Of a stretch of DNA of 64,000 bases, positions 60,287 through 64,000 are shown in pieces (position 1 is the stretch's first letter; every line of letters begins with the position of its first letter). This stretch comes from an uncultured Phycisphaerales bacterium (GTDB lineage: Bacteria > Planctomycetota > Phycisphaerae > Tepidisphaerales > Tepidisphaeraceae): assembly GCA_963844715.1 (NCBI GenBank), contig CAWJPJ010000006.1, forward strand, positions 256,001 to 320,000. The letters are read 5' to 3'. The position numbers and the translations under genes were made by a program. The notes beneath the pieces are model-generated. The model searched no databases and had not been told where the DNA came from. It saw only the letters and a list, made by a program, of their open reading frames with translations.

Positions 60287-61072
60287 ATGGTTCGCCTTAC
60301 GTTTTCTTACGGAATCTTACACTTTGTTTTGGTTGACGGATTGGGGGTTTTGCGAAGATGGAAAATCCGAATGTCGCCGCGGCGACTCGGAATGACCGAA
60401 TGTGCGAATGGCCGAAGGACTGAGAAAAGAGAGCCGGGGCGTGCGTGTCGGCGCGTGCGCGTCGGCGCGGGCGTTTGTGTAAGAGAGCGGTGAAATGTTT
60501 TTGGGGTGGAGAACATTTTTCGCCAAAAGGTTACACTTTGGTTGTGTTTGGGGGCCTAGGGTGGATAGGTGGGTTGGGAAATCCGAATGTTGAAACCCGA
60601 ATTCCGAATCCCGCCGCGGCGGGTCGCCGCGCGCGACAATGTCGGAATGACCGAGTGGGGGAATAGTTGCGAGTTGCCAGTTGCCAGTTACCAGTGAATG
60701 ACGCGGACGGCGAATTAAACCGCCAAGCACGCCGAGACGCCAAGGGCAGAAGTCAAATCAGGGATTACGCGGATGGGAAAGATTAATGCGGAGACATACA
60801 GACGGAGTGACGAAGTGGTTCAAAGCTTTGCGCGGTACGATTCGCGCGGCCGCAGAGGCCGTGGGCGTGCCGTTAAGCCGGCTGGATTCGGGAGCGCCTG
60901 GGCCGTGCGGCCCGGAAAGAACCAGAGCATTTGGAGATGCATGTGGCATTTTTAGAGCGGCTTTCGGCGCAGGGTTGCTTTGGTGTCTTTGTCGATAAAC
61001 CGGCGCATTCTCCGCCGCTTGTCGGCCATAATCATCAGGTGTACAACAAGAAGCGGAATTTCCATCCACCGC

Positions 61073-61924
61073 ATGTCATTGGGATCATCTGAACTACCTG
61101 CTGTAGACGAGGCCGTGGCCAAGGCCAGGTTCAAAGCAAAAATAAAGCGATGGGACAAATGGGGTACTGGATTCGCATTTTTGGTTTGTGTCGGCCTCGT
61201 TATGGAATATTCGTTGCCTTGGCTGTCAGTACAGGCAAGGTATTGGTTGTCATCGTGGATCACGCATTGGCCATATTTGCATTTGATGCAAATCGCACAT
61301 TTGTTTGTAGCTGGCGGCGTTGCTGGGGAATTGCTCGCGCACTGGAAGCAATCAAATGCGTCAGACGATCTAACCCGTCTGCAGGAAAGAGATTCCGATG
61401 TGTTGAAATTGCAAGTGGCAAAAACAAATCTCGCCATGGAAGAACTGCGCAGGGAAAACCTAAAGCTGAAGGGGGCAATCGCCCCTCGCGGGCTTACCCC
61501 GTCGCAATTTGCATCTCTGAGGGACTTTGCACTTGTGGAGCGATGGCAAGAGATGGATGTTTTGATAATGGGCGGCGTAGGCGAAACGATGGATTTTGCG
61601 CAACTTATCACGATGCCGTTTCGCATCTCTGAATGGGATGTTCGATTCTTTCGCGCTCCTGCGGAAATCAATGAGCGCGGAATCTCAATATACTTCCCTG
61701 TTTGGGCAAAACCCGAGGACGTGAATTCAGCCAGGGACCTTTGTGCGGTATTTAGCTTTATAAATATGCCATGCAAGCCAGCGGCATCGTTTAATGCCGA
61801 CGATAAGAGGGGCGATCCGCTTGGGAAGCATCCGGAGCCGGATAGAATCGCCCCAATAAGAATGATCGTCGGCGAGAAGCCACGCCCAAACCCTACTTCT
61901 GATTCGCCTGCTTCCCCCCAATGA
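61073..61924 (+). CDS. Hypothetical membrane protein with a coiled coil (lower GC)
   Basis: Two TM segments, then VAKTNLAMEELRRENLKLKGAIAPRGLT. Confidence 0.65.
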   Translation: MSLGSSELPAVDEAVAKARFKAKIKRWDKWGTGFAFLVCVGLVMEYSLPWLSVQARYWLSSWITHWPYLHLMQIAHLFVAGGVAGELLAHWKQSNASDDLTRLQERDSDVLKLQVAKTNLAMEELRRENLKLKGAIAPRGLTPSQFASLRDFALVERWQEMDVLIMGGVGETMDFAQLITMPFRISEWDVRFFRAPAEINERGISIYFPVWAKPEDVNSARDLCAVFSFINMPCKPAASFNADDKRGDPLGKHPEPDRIAPIRMIVGEKPRPNPTSDSPASPQ

Positions 61925-62128
61925 GCTTTTCGACCGCAGCCAACGCCGTCTGGCTGGCCTCCGGCCTGGGTGTCTTTGGTTTCGATTTCCGTTTCGCGTC
62001 GTTGGCCTCGTCAACTCGCAATTCTCCCCATCCGCGTGCATCTGATTTTCATCTGTGGCAGACATCAAATTTTAGTTCGCCGGCAATTGGCAAATTATTC
62101 GCTGGTTGGAAGTGCTGTTGCGCGGCGG

Positions 62129-62522
62129 CTAGTTCTTCGAGGCGATCCGTTTCAGCGAATCGCAGATCTCGGAGAGCCCATGGAGGACGGCGGCGGAAAC
62201 CAGCGCCGCGAATGCCAGGGGAAGGCGCGTTTCCAGATCACTGGTAAGGGCGGCCGCCGCGAGCAAACTCAACGCGCCCAGGTAAAAAACGATCGCCAGC
62301 ATGCCCAGGACGCCGGCGGCGAGGCTTGAGGGTTCGGAAGCGGGAGTTTGCGGGCGCGTCGGGGAGGGTTCTTCGGCGGGATCCTCGAAACGCAATTCGG
62401 AAACCGGGATGCCCCCGCGCCGAGCGACGGCCATTGCCGCGAGTTCGGATTCGGCGGTGACGACCTGTTCGACGTCGCGGCCGGAATCGCGCGATCGCGC
62501 CTTTCACTCGCCAATTTGCCAT
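62129..62522 (-). CDS. Hypothetical membrane protein (frameshift near 62485)
   Basis: RBS GGAGG, MANWRVKG.. then VEQVVTAESELAAMAVARRGGI.., two TM segments. Confidence 0.5.
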
Positions 62523-62618
62523 GGGGTTCCTCCCTTGAGGGGTCAAGTGCTTATCGCAGATCTGCTGACCGCAGGTCTGCTGACCGCAGGTCCAATTGTA
62601 CTTTTTACAGGAGTCATC

Positions 62619-63293
62619 ATGCAACAAAAATCTGAAGCGGCCGCCGGGCAGTTTAATTTGAGATTTGAGATTTCAAATTTTGAATCGCTCCTGGCGAGTT
62701 TGGCGGTTTCGATCGTCCTTTGCGCGTTGCCGGCGGGGTGCGCTTCCGCCGTCGGCGTTTCGAAGGTCGAGCAGCAGACGATTCAGGAGAATCATGACAA
62801 GGCGGCGGCGGCGGCGGCGGCCGAGAAGGACGCGGCGGCGCTGAAGTTGCAACAGTTGCAGGAGAAGATCAAACAGGCCGAGGCCAATCCGGCGGGGCAT
62901 CCGATCGAGTTCATGGGCATCGTGGTCTCGAAAATCGAGCCCTGGGTGATCGGCATCTGCATCCTCTCGGCGATCGTCTTTCTCGTCAGCTTCGGATTCC
63001 AGACCTATCTCGGCCCGCTGGCGAATATCGGAATAGTCTGGGGCGAGCGCGTCGGCGTCGTGTCGCTGGCGCTGGCCTCCTCGCTGCCTTTTTTGCCCAA
63101 GGGGTTTTTTGTCGGGGCGGGAATCCTGATCGTCTGGTTCGTCGTGCTGCTGATTCGCGACAAGGGGGACGCGCCCGAGGCAATCGAACAGGAGGAATCG
63201 GAAATTAAATCGGTGGTCGATCCCGGCGCGGGCTCGACCGCAGCACCGGCCCCCACCGCGGCCGCCGCCGCCACCAAAACTCCCACCGCCTGA
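62619..63293 (+). CDS. Hypothetical lipoprotein-like membrane protein
   Basis: RBS aggag, LPAGC lipobox-like motif, coiled coil, TM segments. Confidence 0.6.
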   Translation: MQQKSEAAAGQFNLRFEISNFESLLASLAVSIVLCALPAGCASAVGVSKVEQQTIQENHDKAAAAAAAEKDAAALKLQQLQEKIKQAEANPAGHPIEFMGIVVSKIEPWVIGICILSAIVFLVSFGFQTYLGPLANIGIVWGERVGVVSLALASSLPFLPKGFFVGAGILIVWFVVLLIRDKGDAPEAIEQEESEIKSVVDPGAGSTAAPAPTAAAAATKTPTA

Positions 63294-63324
63294 TCCTTTT
63301 GCCTTCCACCCAGGGCGAGGATTG

Positions 63325-63360
63325 AACCCTGCCGGTCGCAAGATCGGTGGGGTTTTTTTT
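63325..63360 (+). terminator. Intrinsic terminator
   Basis: aaccctgccggtc-GCAA-gatcggtggggtt hairpin running into a T8 tract. Confidence 0.8.
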
Positions 63361-63387
63361 GCGCCGAGGTTTGACCGCGGATTGAAT

Positions 63388-63669
63388 TCAAACGGCGGCC
63401 GGCAATCGGGCGCGGGTGACCCGGGCGGCGGCGACGATGATTTGGTGCGCTGTGGGCGGCAGCGATTGCCAATGCTGCACGACCTCGGCCAGCTCGGGGC
63501 CGAGGAAGGTTCGCAAATAAAAGAACGGGCCGCACTGGTTCGGCTCGAGGTCGGCGTCCCGCACCGCCTTGAGCGCGATGTTGCAGAAGTCCTCGAGGCT
63601 GAAGTCCCGGTTCGACCACCAATCGATCAGCTCGGGATCAAAGTAAATGCTCTTCGCGATGCGCGGCAT
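63388..63669 (-). CDS. Small protein with a ribbon-helix-helix-like N-terminus
   Basis: MPRIAKSIYFDPELIDW....FSLEDFCNIALK pattern. Confidence 0.5.
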   Translation of the reverse strand: MPRIAKSIYFDPELIDWWSNRDFSLEDFCNIALKAVRDADLEPNQCGPFFYLRTFLGPELAEVVQHWQSLPPTAHQIIVAAARVTRARLPAAV

Positions 63670-63976
63670 CCCAACCCTTTGCTGGCGAGAACGACGTGAG
63701 CGGATGTTTTAATGAACCGCGCCCCCTGCCGGGGCAAAAAAAATATTTTCCGACACCCTATAACTCAATCCTCCGACGGCGCGGAGCGGCCGATCGGCGG
63801 ACCGGGCCCGGTTATCGTTTGGCTTGCGGCGGGCGGCGCCATGAAGCTGGAGCGACGCAGCGCGATCCGGGGAAATCGGCATGGTCATGGCGTGAAAGTC
63901 GCTGGGATTTGCGGGCGTTGCCGCGGGCGATATGCTGGCGGCACGGAGTGATGTAAACCATTGTAAAATAATAACT

Positions 63977-64000
63977 TAGTCCTATAATCCATGTTATGTT
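63977..64000 (+). other. dif-like XerC/XerD recombination site (truncated by the window end)
   Basis: TAGTCCTATAA-TCCATG-TTATGTT versus E. coli dif GGTGCGCATAA-TGTATA-TTATGTTAAAT. Confidence 0.55.

Overview
A GC-rich bacterial chromosomal window, most likely from a Planctomycete (Phycisphaerae/Tepidisphaerales-like); this is inferred from gene content and protein style, not from a search. The housekeeping backbone comprises addAB, recO, tRNA-Lys(UUU), coaX, an MnmE-like GTPase, rseP, dxr, an ABC transporter, futalosine-pathway genes (ubiX, ubiA/mqnP-like, mqnE), an ECF sigma/anti-sigma pair, PIN-TRAM, ispD, glgP, rpsT and glyQS. About 20 apparent single-base indels break otherwise intact genes and are probably long-read consensus errors. 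Most notable: (1) a kdpFABC potassium-pump locus with no KdpE, apparently driven by a sigma-54 promoter, an AlgB/KinB-like two-component pair and a kinase-less KdpD-Usp protein fused to a PTS EIIA domain; (2) an IS630 insertion that rewrote the last four residues of GlyRS with no change in length, followed by an IS5-family element inserted into the CTAG that the first insertion created; (3) small accessory islets (HNH + TIR + aspartic protease; orphan + metallophosphoesterase) that may be defence modules; (4) a membrane-anchored degenerate sigma-like protein inside the recO-addBA run; (5) several families of periodic palindromic intergenic repeats; (6) a dif-like XerCD site at the right edge, next to orphan mobile-element-like genes. 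No CRISPR array or rRNA was seen.
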